NCBI GenBank assembly: GCA_963701965.1
Contig: OY969695.1
Coordinates: forward strand, 608,001-672,000
Origin: an uncultured Gemmatimonadales bacterium
GTDB taxonomy: Bacteria > Gemmatimonadota > Gemmatimonadetes > Gemmatimonadales > Gemmatimonadaceae
Direction: 5' to 3'
DNA: 64,000 nt
Part shown: positions 52,839 to 64,000 of the stretch, piece after piece
How the letters are laid out: every line of letters starts with the position of its first letter
Position numbering within the stretch: the stretch's first letter is position 1
The notes under the pieces: generated by a model
What the model was told of the DNA's origin: nothing
The model's database searches: none
The model's input: only the letters and a program-made list of their open reading frames with translations
Program-made: the position numbers and the translations under genes

Positions 52839-54327
52839 CTAGTTGCCATGCGACGTCGCCCGCGTCCAGATCACCACGACCGTGCACGCTGTCGGTGCCG
52901 TCCCGTTCATGGGCTTGGCGCTCCCGCTCTGAGGCGTCGAGTTTCGTCGCCGCGCGAGCGGTGCTGGTGGTCAACGGGTCCACGTTATTGAACTCGGCGG
53001 GGATCGCATCCTGCAAGATGTTCTGTGGCGCCGCCGCCGGATGGTACACTTCGATCCCGATGATATCCGGGAGCTGGACATAGTTGTCAATGGTGCCCGG
53101 GGGTTGGTCGGTATACGCCAGGCCATCGATCATATAGAGCACGCACGAGTGGCCACCCGTGAGCTCCCCGTCGGGCTGCGACACGACGGACTGTCCGTTC
53201 CGAAACACCACCCGGAGGCCACCGATCGTGCGCGCCAGATCGGAGAAGACGACCGCCGGCTGTCGTGCAATGTCCTCGCTCGTCATGAAAGCGCCCGCGC
53301 TCGAGCGGCGCCGCTCCCGAATCCGACCCGCTTGAGCGCGTTCTCACGACTCGCGGTCACGTTCACCGTCTCCAGGACCGGCGGCCCCGCGTGCAGCGTG
53401 ACGTCGATCGCCGCGGGCGCCTGGCTGGAGAGCACGACCGCGGCATCCTGCGCCCGGAACCCGACCTTCCGAAACAGCACGGTCTCCGATCCCGGAGGCA
53501 AATTCCCGAGCACGAACGCCCCATCTTTTCCCGTCACGGTCTGGCTGGTCGAGTCGAAGATCACGTTGACACCCGGCAGGGGCGCCGCGTGCTCATCCGT
53601 GACCCGGCCCCGCACGACCGCGGACCGCACGGTGATGGCTGGCATCGCCTCGGGCACGTGCAGCGTCACGACCGCTATGGGCGCGCTCGACACCTCGACG
53701 GGCATCGCCGCGGTCGTGACCTTGCCCCGGACGGCCCGCACCGATCCCCCAATCCCGGTCGGAATACCGCAGAATGTGATACGAGCCATCCCGCCCGACC
53801 GCGACAGAGCGGCTGTTGAGGTTCCGCCGGAACCCGGCTTCCTTGCTCGCCGCAACCGAGACCCAGGAAAACTGCACTGTCGCGTCAGCCACCGGCTCAT
53901 CGCTGTCGGCTTTGACGACGTGCCCAATGATCGCGGCCGGACCACGCTCCCGCTCCGCCGCCGGACAGTACACGCCGACGACGGTGGCCGCCGACGGAGT
54001 CGCCAGAACGAACGATGTGGTACCACCCGCTGGGAACACGATGTCGTTGCTGGCAACCGACACGCCGATCGAGTCGAGCAGTGGATCGAAAATGCCGACC
54101 CGGTGGGCACCGGGTGGAATGCCAGTAATCAGAAAGTGGCCAGTGGAGTCCACCTTCGCTTGCGCGGTCGTTCCCGTCACTGCGACTATCGCGCCGGCCA
54201 GCGGGCCACCGTGAATGCTATCCAACACCACGCCCGTCGCCGACGATGCTGGCGCGGCCGCCGGACCGGGTTCCTGGGCCCCCGCGGTCGCCGCACACAG
54301 GAGCACGGTAACAAATGGACCGCGCAT
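52839..54327 (-). CDS. Exported protein with carboxypeptidase-regulatory-like domains and TonB plug-like C-terminus; three frameshifts (~53773, ~53315, ~52920)
   Basis: Signal peptide; G.F.I..IPPG; DIIGIEVY; terminal ACTVVVIWTR in a further frame. Confidence 0.72.
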
Positions 54328-54417
54328 ACTACCCGATCATAACAATTCGACCATAGGAGCGCCACTCAGCGTGACCACTCGAAGACGCCGCCGAGCCTGC
54401 GGCCGTCGGATTGCCGC

Positions 54418-55233
54418 TCAACTGCTCGCGTCGACCAGCTCCCACTCGATCGGCGCAGACCGCCCGTCGCCGGTGACATCGCCGAACCGCGCGATGGCCT
54501 CGCGCAACGCGGCGCCCGATCGCTCGAGCGCGGCACCGGTGTGCCGGAGGTTGTCGGTCAGCTCGCGCTGCCGCGCCGTCGCTCCCGCCACGTGCGCCGT
54601 CTCGGCCGCGGTGCCTTCGGCGACCCGCGCCACCTGCGTCGTCGCCGTGCCCAGATCGCCGACGAGCGCTTCGGCCTCGGCGGACGCGGTCACCACGCCC
54701 TGCGCCAGCGTCACCGTGCGCAACAGCGCTTCGCGCACTATTTGCTGTTCTGGCGCCCGCAGGCTGGCGAGCCGGGCGACCGCATCCGCGGCGGCGAGCG
54801 CCTCGCGCGCCGTGGCGACGACTGCACCGGCCGCCACGGTCAGACGCTGGGCGGCCCCGCCAATGCGCCGCGCCGTCAGCGTGCTCTCATACGCACCGGC
54901 CGTGAGTCGCGCCAACGACGCCGTGACCTGCTCCGCGACATCAGCCACCGCTTCACTGATGCGCGTCACATCGGCGGCAGATTCCAGCACCACATCCCCC
55001 GTCCGGCGCGTCTGGCCCACCAGCCAAGCGACGTCGGGAGCCGGCGACGGTTCGCCGACCGGTTGGGCGCGCGCGATGATACCGTTGAGCCGGTGGACGA
55101 CCCACCATAGCGCCAGCAACGACAGTGCCGCGGCGGCGACAACATCCAGTGGCCGAAATCCCCGGAAACCGACGACCGACGCGACGGTCCCGATGATCAG
55201 CAGCAAGACGCCGAGCGCGGATGTGACCTTCAC
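54418..55233 (-). CDS. Two-TM protein with methyl-accepting-like helical domain
   Basis: Two N-terminal TM segments, Ala-rich coiled coil ending L...IARF; lacks the MCP signalling hairpin. Confidence 0.55.
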   Translation of the reverse strand: MKVTSALGVLLLIIGTVASVVGFRGFRPLDVVAAAALSLLALWWVVHRLNGIIARAQPVGEPSPAPDVAWLVGQTRRTGDVVLESAADVTRISEAVADVAEQVTASLARLTAGAYESTLTARRIGGAAQRLTVAAGAVVATAREALAAADAVARLASLRAPEQQIVREALLRTVTLAQGVVTASAEAEALVGDLGTATTQVARVAEGTAAETAHVAGATARQRELTDNLRHTGAALERSGAALREAIARFGDVTGDGRSAPIEWELVDASS

Positions 55234-55348
55234 GCGTCGAACCTACCGGCGGAGGATGGGGGATGCTACGGACGCGGGGTGATCGACCGAGGCAATGGGG
55301 TGAAAGAGGGCACCGCACGGTGACCGGCCACGGTGCGGTTCGTCACCT

Positions 55349-57445
55349 GTGGTGGACACTCATTTAGTGGCGCGGGATGTGATCAAGCGCGCGCCTTGGA
55401 CGAGCATCGCCGCTGTGTACGCTGCCGCGTACATCCTCCTGACGGTGACGCACGCCCATGTCCTCGCGGTCCTGGGATCCGCGGCCTCGCCCGCCGCGTC
55501 GCTCCCGCTCAATCTCACAACCGTCGCGCTCTTCTGGACGGCCTCGCTGCGCACCGACATGGATGCCCGGCTGGCGCGCGCGCTCCGTTTGGCTGCGAGC
55601 GCGTCGGCCATCGTCGCGCTCGGCCAATGCGGCGGACTCTACGTGACGTTCGCGGAACGCAACGATCCGGACTTTTCGTGGGCGAACCTGCTGTACCTCC
55701 TGTACTACCCGTTCATGCTCGCCGCGCTACTCCAGTTGCCGCGCGCGGGGCGGGCGCACCTCGAGTGGTGGAAGTTCGCGCTCGACGCCGCCACCGTCGT
55801 CGTGGGCGGCGCCGTCGTCGTCTGGTTTTTCGTGTTGCACCCGACCACGTCGGGACCGCTCGACCCCCGGGCCGTGGCGCTCATCTTCGCGTTCCCGCTG
55901 GGCGATCTCCTGCTGCTCCTCGGCCTCACGACGATCATCCTCCGTCAGCCCGAAGGACGACAATCCGTCGCCTTCCGCCTGCTGCTGTTCGGCCAGTTCA
56001 TCGGCATCTGCGCCGATCTCTGCGGCACCGTGCTGCTACCGGCAACCGGCACGCTCAACTCGCCGTTGCCAGATTGCTTGTACTTCGTGACGGCAGTCAT
56101 CACCATCGCCAGCGGCGAGCAATACGTCCGCGGACCGCGCCACGCCGCGGCGCCGCGCGAAGCCGCCACCGGCCCGTCAATGGTCAACCGCTACCAGCTC
56201 GGCAGCCCGCTGCCCTATATCGCGGCCGGCGTCGTCTATCTGCTGGCGCTTGGCGTCGCCGTGTCGCAGTGGCCATCGCCCCTGAGCGGCTTGGTCATCG
56301 CCGCGGCGCCCGTCACGCTGCTCCTCACCGCGCGCGGCGTCGTGGCCGTGCGACAGAACGCCCAACTGTTGATCGAGCAGGGCGAACGCGCGGGCCAAGC
56401 CCGGCTGGTCGCCTTGCTCGAGGCGACGACGGACTTCGTCGGCGTCGCCGATGAGATGGGCAACGCCTCGTATATCAATCGCGCCGGCCGGCGGATGATC
56501 GGCGCCAGCGACGACGAAGATCTCCGCCTCCTGGGGTTCACCGGCTTTCATCCGCCGCACGCGGCGCGCGTGACGGCGGAGGTGGCGATCCCGCACGCCC
56601 TTCAGGAGGGCGTCTGGGAGGGCGAGTCGACGATTCGCACCCGGGATGGCCGCGAGGTCCCCGTCTCGCAGGTGATCGTCGCGCACGTGTCGGCCCACGG
56701 CGACCGGTCGGTGTCCACGATCATGCGGGACATCAGCGGCTGGAAACGCCTCGACCGCATGAAGAGTGAGTTCGTGTCGACGGTGTCCCATGAGCTGCGC
56801 ACTCCGCTGACCGCCATCCGGGGATCACTCGGTCTCCTGGAAGGCGGACCGTTTGCCCAACTCCCGGTGCCCGCGACCAATCTGCTCCGGATCGCCCGCA
56901 GCAACTGCGATCGCTTGGTCCGTCTGCTCAACGACATGCTGGACCTGGACAAGATCGAGGCCGGCAAACTGGCGATCCGACCCGTCGCCCTGGAACCGCG
57001 CGATGTCGTCCGGGCGACGCTCGATGCGCTCCGACCGATGGCCGTGCAACGGAGCATCACGCTCGACGAACGCGTCGAAGCCCCCGGACGGGTCATGGGC
57101 GATCGCGATCGCATCATCCAGGTGCTCACCAATCTGGTGTCGAACGCGATCAAGTTCTCATCGCCGGGCGCCGCCGTGACCGTCTCGGCCGCGGGCGCGC
57201 CGACGGTACGGTTCACGGTGACCAATCCCGGTCCGGGGATCGCCGCGCACGATCTGCCGCGCCTCTTCGCGCGGTTCCAGCAACTCGACGGCTCGGATCG
57301 GCGCGAGCATAGCGGCACCGGTCTCGGTCTGGCGATCGCCAAAGCGATCGTGGAGCAACACGGCGGCACGATCGGCGTGGAGTCGGAACCTGGCGTGCTG
57401 ACGACCTTCTGGTTCGAGCTTCCGGCGTCCGAGACGCCCGCATGA
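55349..57445 (+). CDS. Multi-TM PAS sensor histidine kinase
   Basis: About 9 TM segments, PAS domain, [27 protein letters not shown]. Confidence 0.93.
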   Translation: MVDTHLVARDVIKRAPWTSIAAVYAAAYILLTVTHAHVLAVLGSAASPAASLPLNLTTVALFWTASLRTDMDARLARALRLAASASAIVALGQCGGLYVTFAERNDPDFSWANLLYLLYYPFMLAALLQLPRAGRAHLEWWKFALDAATVVVGGAVVVWFFVLHPTTSGPLDPRAVALIFAFPLGDLLLLLGLTTIILRQPEGRQSVAFRLLLFGQFIGICADLCGTVLLPATGTLNSPLPDCLYFVTAVITIASGEQYVRGPRHAAAPREAATGPSMVNRYQLGSPLPYIAAGVVYLLALGVAVSQWPSPLSGLVIAAAPVTLLLTARGVVAVRQNAQLLIEQGERAGQARLVALLEATTDFVGVADEMGNASYINRAGRRMIGASDDEDLRLLGFTGFHPPHAARVTAEVAIPHALQEGVWEGESTIRTRDGREVPVSQVIVAHVSAHGDRSVSTIMRDISGWKRLDRMKSEFVSTVSHELRTPLTAIRGSLGLLEGGPFAQLPVPATNLLRIARSNCDRLVRLLNDMLDLDKIEAGKLAIRPVALEPRDVVRATLDALRPMAVQRSITLDERVEAPGRVMGDRDRIIQVLTNLVSNAIKFSSPGAAVTVSAAGAPTVRFTVTNPGPGIAAHDLPRLFARFQQLDGSDRREHSGTGLGLAIAKAIVEQHGGTIGVESEPGVLTTFWFELPASETPA

Positions 57446-59588
57446 CGGCCACGGTGCGACGCAATGCGTGGGCAGTCGCCGCGACGGTCTACGGCCTGGC
57501 AGATCTCGTCTGGATCGCGACGGGATGGCGGAGCGCGACGCCCCTGGCGATGCTCATCGACAATGGCGCGACGGTACCCATTAGCCTCGCCGCCGCCATC
57601 GCGTTCTATCTGGCCTCCCGGCATCACGCCAAGGACTCGCGCCTGGCCACGAGCCTGGGATTGCTGGCGCTCGGCATGGCCTTCGACGCCATCGGATCGA
57701 CGTGGTTCACCGAAGTGGCGGTGGTACAGCACGTCAATCCGGGGCTCTCCTTGGCCCAGGTGCCGTTCCTGGCGTTCTATCCCCCCGTCTTCGCCGCGTT
57801 TCTGCTGCTCCCGCGAGCGCGGCGCGCGCGCCTCGAGTGGTGGAAGTTCACGATCGACGCGCTGACAGTGCTGGTCGCGAGCGCGGTGATCGTCTGGTAT
57901 TTCACCATCGGTCCGTTGTTCACGACCGAGGTGTTGCACGACTCGTACGGGGCGGCACTCGCGATTCTGTTTCCCACCGGCGACATCCTGCTTCTGTTCG
58001 CGCTTACGACGATCGCGTTGCGGCAGCCGGCCGGCCGGCGCTCGAGCGCCTTTGTCCTGCTGTTCGTGGGATCCCTCGCCTTGATCGTGTCGGATCTCAT
58101 GTACGCGATCCTGTTCGCCGAGACGGGGGCGGGATTGCCGCTGCCGGAGGCGGTGTCGACCATCGGCTTCGTCGCCATAGTCTGGAGCGCGACGCGCTAC
58201 GTCGATGCGCCGCCGGGCATGCCCGAGCGCGTCGAAGAGCGCGCGACGAGAGCGGGGCTCCTCAATCCATATCAACTGGGCAGCCCGCTGCCCTATGCCG
58301 CCGCCGCGGCCGTGTACGTGCTCGCGCTGGTCGCCGCGCTCCGGGCCTGGCCCTCACCGCTTAGTGGGCTGGTGGTAGCCGCGGCGCCCGTGACGCTGCT
58401 CCTCACCGCGCGCGGGCTCGTCGCGGTGCGCCAGAATGCGCGCCTGCTCACGGAGCGGGCCGAGCGCGCGGGCGAAGCGCGGCTCGTCGCCCTGCTGGAT
58501 GCGACCACCGATCTCGTGGCCGTATCGAATGCGCAGGGCCGCATCACCTATCTCAATCGCGGCGGCCGCCAGAATGCTCGGCATCGATGATCACGAGCCG
58601 CTCGTGACGATGGTCCTGAACGACATCTACGAGTCGGCGGCGCAACGCTACGCCAGGGACATCGCCGTGCCCGCCGCTCTGCGCGACGGGGTGTGGGAGG
58701 GGGAGTCGACCATCCGGACGCGCCGCGGCCAGGAGATTCCCGTTTCCCAGGTGATCGTGGCCCACCGGTCGCGGAACGGCGACCGGTCGGTGTCGACGAT
58801 CATGCGGGACATCAGCGGTTGGAAGCGGCTCGATCGGATGAAGAGCGAGTTCGTGTCGACCGTCTCCCACGAGCTGCGCACGCCGCTCACGGCTATTCGG
58901 GGATCGCTGGGCCTGTTGGAGAGCGGCACCGCCGGCCAGCTGCCGCCAAAAGCGGTGCAGCTCCTGCGCATGGCGCGCGACAATTGCGACCGGTTGGTCC
59001 GCCTGCTCAACGACATGCTGGACCTGGACAAGATCGAGGCCGGCAAGCTCGAGCTGCGCCCGACGGTGGTCATCCCGGCCGATGTGGTGCGGGCCACGCT
59101 GGACGACTTGCGGGCCATCGCGGGGCAGCGCGGCATCCGGTGTGTGGAGAACATTCGAGCTGGAGGCCGAGGTCATCGCCGATCGCGACCGCATCGTGCA
59201 GGTGCTGACCAACCTGGTATCGAATGCCATCAAATTCTCGCCCGCCGACTCGATCGTCCGGGTGTCGATCTGCCGGGGCTCGGCGTCACCATCGAGCCAA
59301 GCGACGTTGCGCTTCGCGGTCGAGAATCCCGGTCGCGGCATCGACCCCCACGACCTGCCCCGGCTCTTCGGTCGATTCCAACAACTGGATGGCTCCGATC
59401 AACGCCATCACAGTGGGACCGGTCTGGGACTGGCGATCGCCAAGGCGATCGTCGAGCAACACGGGGGCACGATCGGGGTCGCGTCCGACCCCGGCGTGCG
59501 CACGACGTTCTGGTTCGAGCTCCCCGAGATGACTGCCGCGGCCGCCGCGCAACTGCGCGGCGACCCGGTGCTGGCTACGCGACAGTAA
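57442..59588 (+). CDS. Multi-TM PAS sensor histidine kinase (tandem paralog), frameshifts at ~58570 and ~59155
   Basis: Same architecture as the upstream kinase, spread over three frames. Confidence 0.88.
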
Positions 59589-60657
59589 TAGTCTCGTCGA
59601 GATAGACATCCTGCACGGTGTGCAGGAGTCGGACCCCGTCGTCCATCGGCCGTTGGAACGCTTTCCGCCCCGTGATGAGGCCCGTGCCGCCAGCCCGCTT
59701 GTTGATGACGGCGGTCTTCACGACCTCGGCGAAATCGTCCTCGCCCGACGCCCCGCCCGAATTGATGAGACCCGAGCGACCCATATAGCATCCCGCGAGC
59801 TGGTAGCGCGTGAGGTCGATCGGATGGTCGGTCGTCAGCGCCGAATACACGCGCTTGTCGGTCTTGCCATACGATGTCTTGTACGCGGCGGCGACGGCGC
59901 CGAAGCCGTTGTTGATCGTCGGCAGCTTCTGCTTGATGATGTCCGCTTCGATCGTCACGCCCAAGTGGTTCGCCTGCGACGTGAGGTCGGCAGCCAAGTG
60001 ATAATCCTTCCCGTCGATGACGAAGGCCGGGTTGCGCAGGTAGCACCACAGGATCGTGGCCATGCCGAGCTCGCGCGCGTGTTGGAACGCATGGCTTACT
60101 TCGGTGATCTGGCGCGTGGACTCGTCGGATCCGAAGTAGATCGTCGCACCCACCGCCGCGGCACCCATATCCCAGGCTTGCCGCACGGTCCCGAACATCA
60201 CTTGGTCGAACTTGTTCGGGTAGGTGAGCAGCTCGTTGTGGTTGAGTTTCGCGATAAACGGGATCCGGTGGGCATACTTGCGCGCCACGGCGCCGAGCAC
60301 GCCGACGGTCGAAGCCACCGCGTTGCACTCGCCTTCGATCGCCAGTTGGACGATGGCCTCGGGATCGAAATAGGCCGGATTGCGGGCGAACGATGCGCCC
60401 GCCGAATGCTCGACCCCCTGGTCGACCGGCAGGATCGACAGGTAGCCCGTACCGGCCAGCCGCCCGTGATTGAACATTGCCCGCAGGTTCCGCAGGACCT
60501 GGATGGGGCGGTCGGTCTGCGCGTAGACCCGGTCCACGAAGTCCGGACCGGGCAGATGCAGCAAGGACTTGGAAATCGTGCGGGATTCGTGTGTCAGCAG
60601 GTCCTCGGCATCCTTCCCGAGGTACTGCTCGAGCGTAGATTGTACCGTAGTTGCCAT
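59575..60657 (-). CDS. fbaB: Class I fructose-bisphosphate aldolase (FbaB/DhnA)
   Basis: [46 protein letters not shown]. Confidence 0.96.
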   Translation of the reverse strand: MATTVQSTLEQYLGKDAEDLLTHESRTISKSLLHLPGPDFVDRVYAQTDRPIQVLRNLRAMFNHGRLAGTGYLSILPVDQGVEHSAGASFARNPAYFDPEAIVQLAIEGECNAVASTVGVLGAVARKYAHRIPFIAKLNHNELLTYPNKFDQVMFGTVRQAWDMGAAAVGATIYFGSDESTRQITEVSHAFQHARELGMATILWCYLRNPAFVIDGKDYHLAADLTSQANHLGVTIEADIIKQKLPTINNGFGAVAAAYKTSYGKTDKRVYSALTTDHPIDLTRYQLAGCYMGRSGLINSGGASGEDDFAEVVKTAVINKRAGGTGLITGRKAFQRPMDDGVRLLHTVQDVYLDETITVA

Positions 60658-60713
60658 AGTCTGAAATCTGCCACGTCGCGAGCCAAATCGCGATACGGTT
60701 GGGACTCAACAAT

Positions 60714-61661
60714 ATGCGCAGCATAGACGTCGTCGGCATCGGAAGCTGCGCCGTGGACTACGTGGCGCAGGTCCCGCGCCTCATCGGACCGGATGAGAAG
60801 ATCAATGCCACCCGCCTGGAGTTGCACGGCGGCGGGGTGACCGCGAACAACCTCACGCAGGTCGCCCGGCTCGGAGCAACCGCGGGCTGGCTCGGCCTCA
60901 TTGGCGACGACGATGCCGGGCGCTTTATTCTCGACGCGTTTATCGCCGATGGCCTCGACGCCAGTGGCATCGAGACGGTAGCGGGCGCCCGATCATCGAT
61001 GACGTGGATCCCGGTCGATGCCGCGGGTGAGCGCTCGATCTACATGTTTCCCAATGTCACGGGAACCCTGACGCCGTCATACGTGGCTACCCGACTGGCG
61101 GGCCACATTCGGCAGGCCAAGCACTTTCACAGCGAAGCGTCCCAGCTGCCGCTGGCGCCGATCCTCGAAGCCATGGGCGAGGCCCGCGCGGCGCGAGTTC
61201 GGGTTCTCTTCGACCTGGATGTGCGCCCATCGTTTCTCGATCAGATGGGGCTCGGCAACGAGTCCGAGCTCCTGGCCGCTCTGGGCCTGGCCGAGACGCT
61301 CAAGCCCTGCAAAGCCGGCGCGCGGGAGCTCACGGGCGAGACAGACCCGGAAGCCATGGCCCGGCGCCTGCTGGCCCTCGGGCCCTCCCTGGTGGCGATC
61401 ACGCTGGGCGGCGACGGGTGCCTGCTGGCCACGGCACGGCAGACGGTGCACGTCCCGGCGTTCGCCGTCGACGTGGTGGACACGACCGGCGCCGGCGACG
61501 CGTTCATGGGCGGGCTCTCGTACGGGTTGCTCCACGATTGGGACTTGGCCCGCATCGGCCGATTCGCCAACGCCTGCGCGGCGCTGTGTTGCACGAAGCT
61601 CGGCGCCCGCGCCAGCGCGACGCTCGATGTCGTGCAGCGCTTCCTGCAATCGCATTCCTGA
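60714..61661 (+). CDS. PfkB family carbohydrate kinase
   Basis: GG..AN, GDDDAG, VVDTTGAGDAF. Confidence 0.92.
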   Translation: MRSIDVVGIGSCAVDYVAQVPRLIGPDEKINATRLELHGGGVTANNLTQVARLGATAGWLGLIGDDDAGRFILDAFIADGLDASGIETVAGARSSMTWIPVDAAGERSIYMFPNVTGTLTPSYVATRLAGHIRQAKHFHSEASQLPLAPILEAMGEARAARVRVLFDLDVRPSFLDQMGLGNESELLAALGLAETLKPCKAGARELTGETDPEAMARRLLALGPSLVAITLGGDGCLLATARQTVHVPAFAVDVVDTTGAGDAFMGGLSYGLLHDWDLARIGRFANACAALCCTKLGARASATLDVVQRFLQSHS

Positions 61662-61663
61662 TC

Positions 61664-62636
61664 GTGTTCGCCCCGTCGAACTTCCCGGTCGCGCTCCTCA
61701 TGATGATCGTGAGCACCATTCTGCTGGGGTTCGTGGGCGAATACGTACAAGGGCGTGAAGGGCTACCGGTTCGAGCTCTTCTACTGGGACTACGCGGCCG
61801 GCATCGTCCTCGTCTCGCTCGCGCTGGCCCTGACGATGGGCAGCCTGCGGCCTGACCCCTCCAGTTTTCTGCCCAATCTCCGCGCCGCCGACGCCGCGAA
61901 CATCGCCGCGGCGGCATTCGCCGGCGTCATCTTCAACCTGGCGAACCTGCTCCTCGTGGCGGGTATCGAGTTGGCCGGACTGGCGATCGCTTTTCCCGTG
62001 GCGATCGGGCTCGCGCTGGTCGAAGGCGTCGTCCTGAGCTATGCCCTTTCGCCGAAGGGCAACGCGGGTCTGCTGGCGCTCGGCGTGGCCGCGGCCGTCG
62101 TGGCGGTGGCCCTCGATGGCAAAGCGTATGGACAGCTGACCGGTGCCCGGGCCGGCCGGCGAGGGATCCTGGTCTGCGTCGCCTCCGGGCTCCTCATGGG
62201 ACTGTGGGCGCCTTTCGTGACGCGCGCGCTGACCACAGGCCGGGCGCTGGGTCCTTACGGCATTGCGGTCTGCTTCACGTCAGGGGCTTTCGTGTCGTGT
62301 TTTCTGTTCAACACGTATCTCATGAAGCGACCGATCGTGGGCGCCCCCGTGGGATTCGGTGATTTTCGGCGCGCGCCGCTGCGCGCGCACGCGCTGGGGC
62401 TGCTCGGCGGCGCCATCTGGGGCGTGGGCACCGTGTTCAATCTCGTGGCCGCCAGCTCCGTCGGCGTCGCGGTCGCCTATGCGATCGGCCAGGCCGCCCC
62501 GATGGTCGCGGCGCTCTGGGGCGTCCTGGCCTGGCGCGAGTTCGTCGGGGCGCCGCGCCGCGCGCGCGTCTACCTGGCGCTGATGTTCGCGTTCTACTGC
62601 GTCGCCATCGCTTTCGTCGCCGCGGCCCACCCGTAA
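61664..62636 (+). CDS. GRP/DMT-family sugar transporter, frameshift at ~61720
   Basis: Removing one T restores ICWGSWANT.K....RFELFYWDY; about 10 TM segments; ALWGVLAWREF. Confidence 0.82.
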
Positions 62637-63568
62637 AGGTCGGACAGCGCGACATTTCCTCCGCAGAGGAACAGCACGACGTGGTGCTGGGGCCCAAAGC
62701 ACTCGCGGAGCCGCTCGGCCGCCGCGAGCGTGCACGCCGCGGCCGGCTCGGTCAGCATCTTGGTCCGTTCGAGCAGGAACTGCAGCGCGGCCAGCGCCTC
62801 GGCATCGCTCACGACGGTGACCCGCTCCAAAAGGCGCTGGGCCAGGGCCAACGTCTCCTCCGAGGCCGCGGGAGCGCCGAGCGTACGCGCGATCGACGTG
62901 ATCGTCGGCACCGTCACGGGGTGGCCGGCCGCCAACGCGCGCGTCATGCAATCGGCCCCCTCGGTCTCCACGCCCCACACACGGGCCGTTGGCACCAAGG
63001 ACTTGATCCCGACTCCGACGCCGCCCATCAAGCCGCCACCGCCGATGCTCAGAATGACGTCGGTCACCTGCGGCAAGTCTTCTACGATTTCGAGCGCGGC
63101 CGTGCCCTGCCCGGCCATGACCAGTGGATCGTCAAATGGATGGACCGGCACCCAGCCGCGCGCGGCATTGGCGTCCTGCGCCGTGAATCCGTCGAGATGG
63201 TTAGGCACGAAACAGACTTCCGCCCCATATCCCCGCGTGCCGTCGACGTAGTTGCGCGGCGTCGACTCGGCCATATAGATCCGCGTGCGCGTCGAGAGTT
63301 CGCGGCCGGCATAGGCGACGGCCTGGGCGTGATTACCGCCGCTCACCGCCACCACGCCCGCTCGCCGCTGCTCGGGTGTCAGCTCCAGCATCTTGTTGAA
63401 GGCCCCGCGCACCTTGAACGACCCGGTCTTCTGGAACAGCTCGGCCTTGAGATAGATGTTGGTGCCGAGGCGCCGGCTCAGCGTCTCACTGCGGACGAGT
63501 GGTGTCCGGGCGACGCGCGAGGCGATACGGACGCGCGCCGCTTGGATGTCAGCCAGCGTGATCGTCAC
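62594..63568 (-). CDS. Threonine/serine dehydratase family PLP enzyme
   Basis: QKTGSFKVRG, SGGNHA, HPFDD, GGGGL, CGGN. Confidence 0.92.
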   Translation of the reverse strand: MTITLADIQAARVRIASRVARTPLVRSETLSRRLGTNIYLKAELFQKTGSFKVRGAFNKMLELTPEQRRAGVVAVSGGNHAQAVAYAGRELSTRTRIYMAESTPRNYVDGTRGYGAEVCFVPNHLDGFTAQDANAARGWVPVHPFDDPLVMAGQGTAALEIVEDLPQVTDVILSIGGGGLMGGVGVGIKSLVPTARVWGVETEGADCMTRALAAGHPVTVPTITSIARTLGAPAASEETLALAQRLLERVTVVSDAEALAALQFLLERTKMLTEPAAACTLAAAERLRECFGPQHHVVLFLCGGNVALSDLYGWAAATKAMATQ

Positions 63569-64000
63569 GGCGCCATCTCTTCCATGTGCTCCGGTACGAA
63601 GACATTGGCCAGATCTTCGCGATACACGGCGTCAGCGGTGTCCACCGCCGGCCAGTGCGTGCCGCGATCCGGGACGAACAAGCCGCCCACGGCGCCCATG
63701 CCGGCGGCGCGGAGCGTGTGATCTGTCGGGTTGTTGTAGCGCACGGTGATACGATAGCGGTGTGATGGGACGATGTGGAGGCCCAGCCGGTACCACCGGT
63801 AAAATCGCTGGACCGGCATCGACAGGACGTGGCCGTCGCGGTCCTTGACCGGCACGGCGTGGAAAATCACCTCACCGGTGGTCGCGTCGGTGAGCGAAAG
63901 ATCAATGGCATAGTCGTGGACGTGGCCGCCGGCGCCCAGCAAGTAGCCGGGGATCGCCGGGCTGCTCTCCCATGACCGTTCGCTTCGGCCCGGGGGGAGG
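63565..64000 (-). CDS. Hypothetical protein (3' part), possibly monooxygenase-like C-terminal fold
   Basis: GGHVHDY...Y.NPT...AMG-like motifs; open to the window edge. Confidence 0.55.
   Translation of the reverse strand, partial: LPPGRSERSWESSPAIPGYLLGAGGHVHDYAIDLSLTDATTGEVIFHAVPVKDRDGHVLSMPVQRFYRWYRLGLHIVPSHRYRITVRYNNPTDHTLRAAGMGAVGGLFVPDRGTHWPAVDTADAVYREDLANVFVPEHMEEMAP

Noticed and set aside
16291..62636. Pseudogene or programmed-frameshift calls for the broken CDSs
   Set aside because: No slippery heptamers or further decay; the pattern fits sequencing indels.

Overview
High-GC bacterial chromosomal window. Gene content (SusC/SusD, DivIVA, CdaA, lineage-typical TPR and hypothetical proteins) suggests Gemmatimonadota; this is inference. 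The left part is a housekeeping block (tilS-hpt-ftsH-folP-cdaA-yggS-divIVA-PNP-ileS, lemA-htpX, infA). It is followed by glyoxylate-shunt control genes (aceA, icd, aceK), DNA repair genes (fpg, mug), two ABC exporters and a short phosphoribulokinase-like gene. The right part carries a lanthanide-type XoxF methanol dehydrogenase, a LytS/LytTR pair, two cupredoxin lipoproteins, a SusC/SusD pair, tandem histidine kinases and sugar-phosphate genes. I found no rRNA, tRNA, CRISPR array or mobile element. About 11 single-base frameshifts look like long-read errors. The best candidates for undescribed biology are all absent from the ORF track. (1) A 39-aa secreted Cys-bracketed peptide gene with a structured leader, convergent with a 426-aa all-helical TPR protein that has a second paralog 8 kb away, resembling RRNPP peptide signalling. 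(2) A small transcript beside infA carrying a 12-nt perfect complement of the 16S rRNA 3' end. (3) A LytTR regulon marked by 21-bp-periodic boxes before both cupredoxins and susC. (4) Widespread leaderless gene starts.
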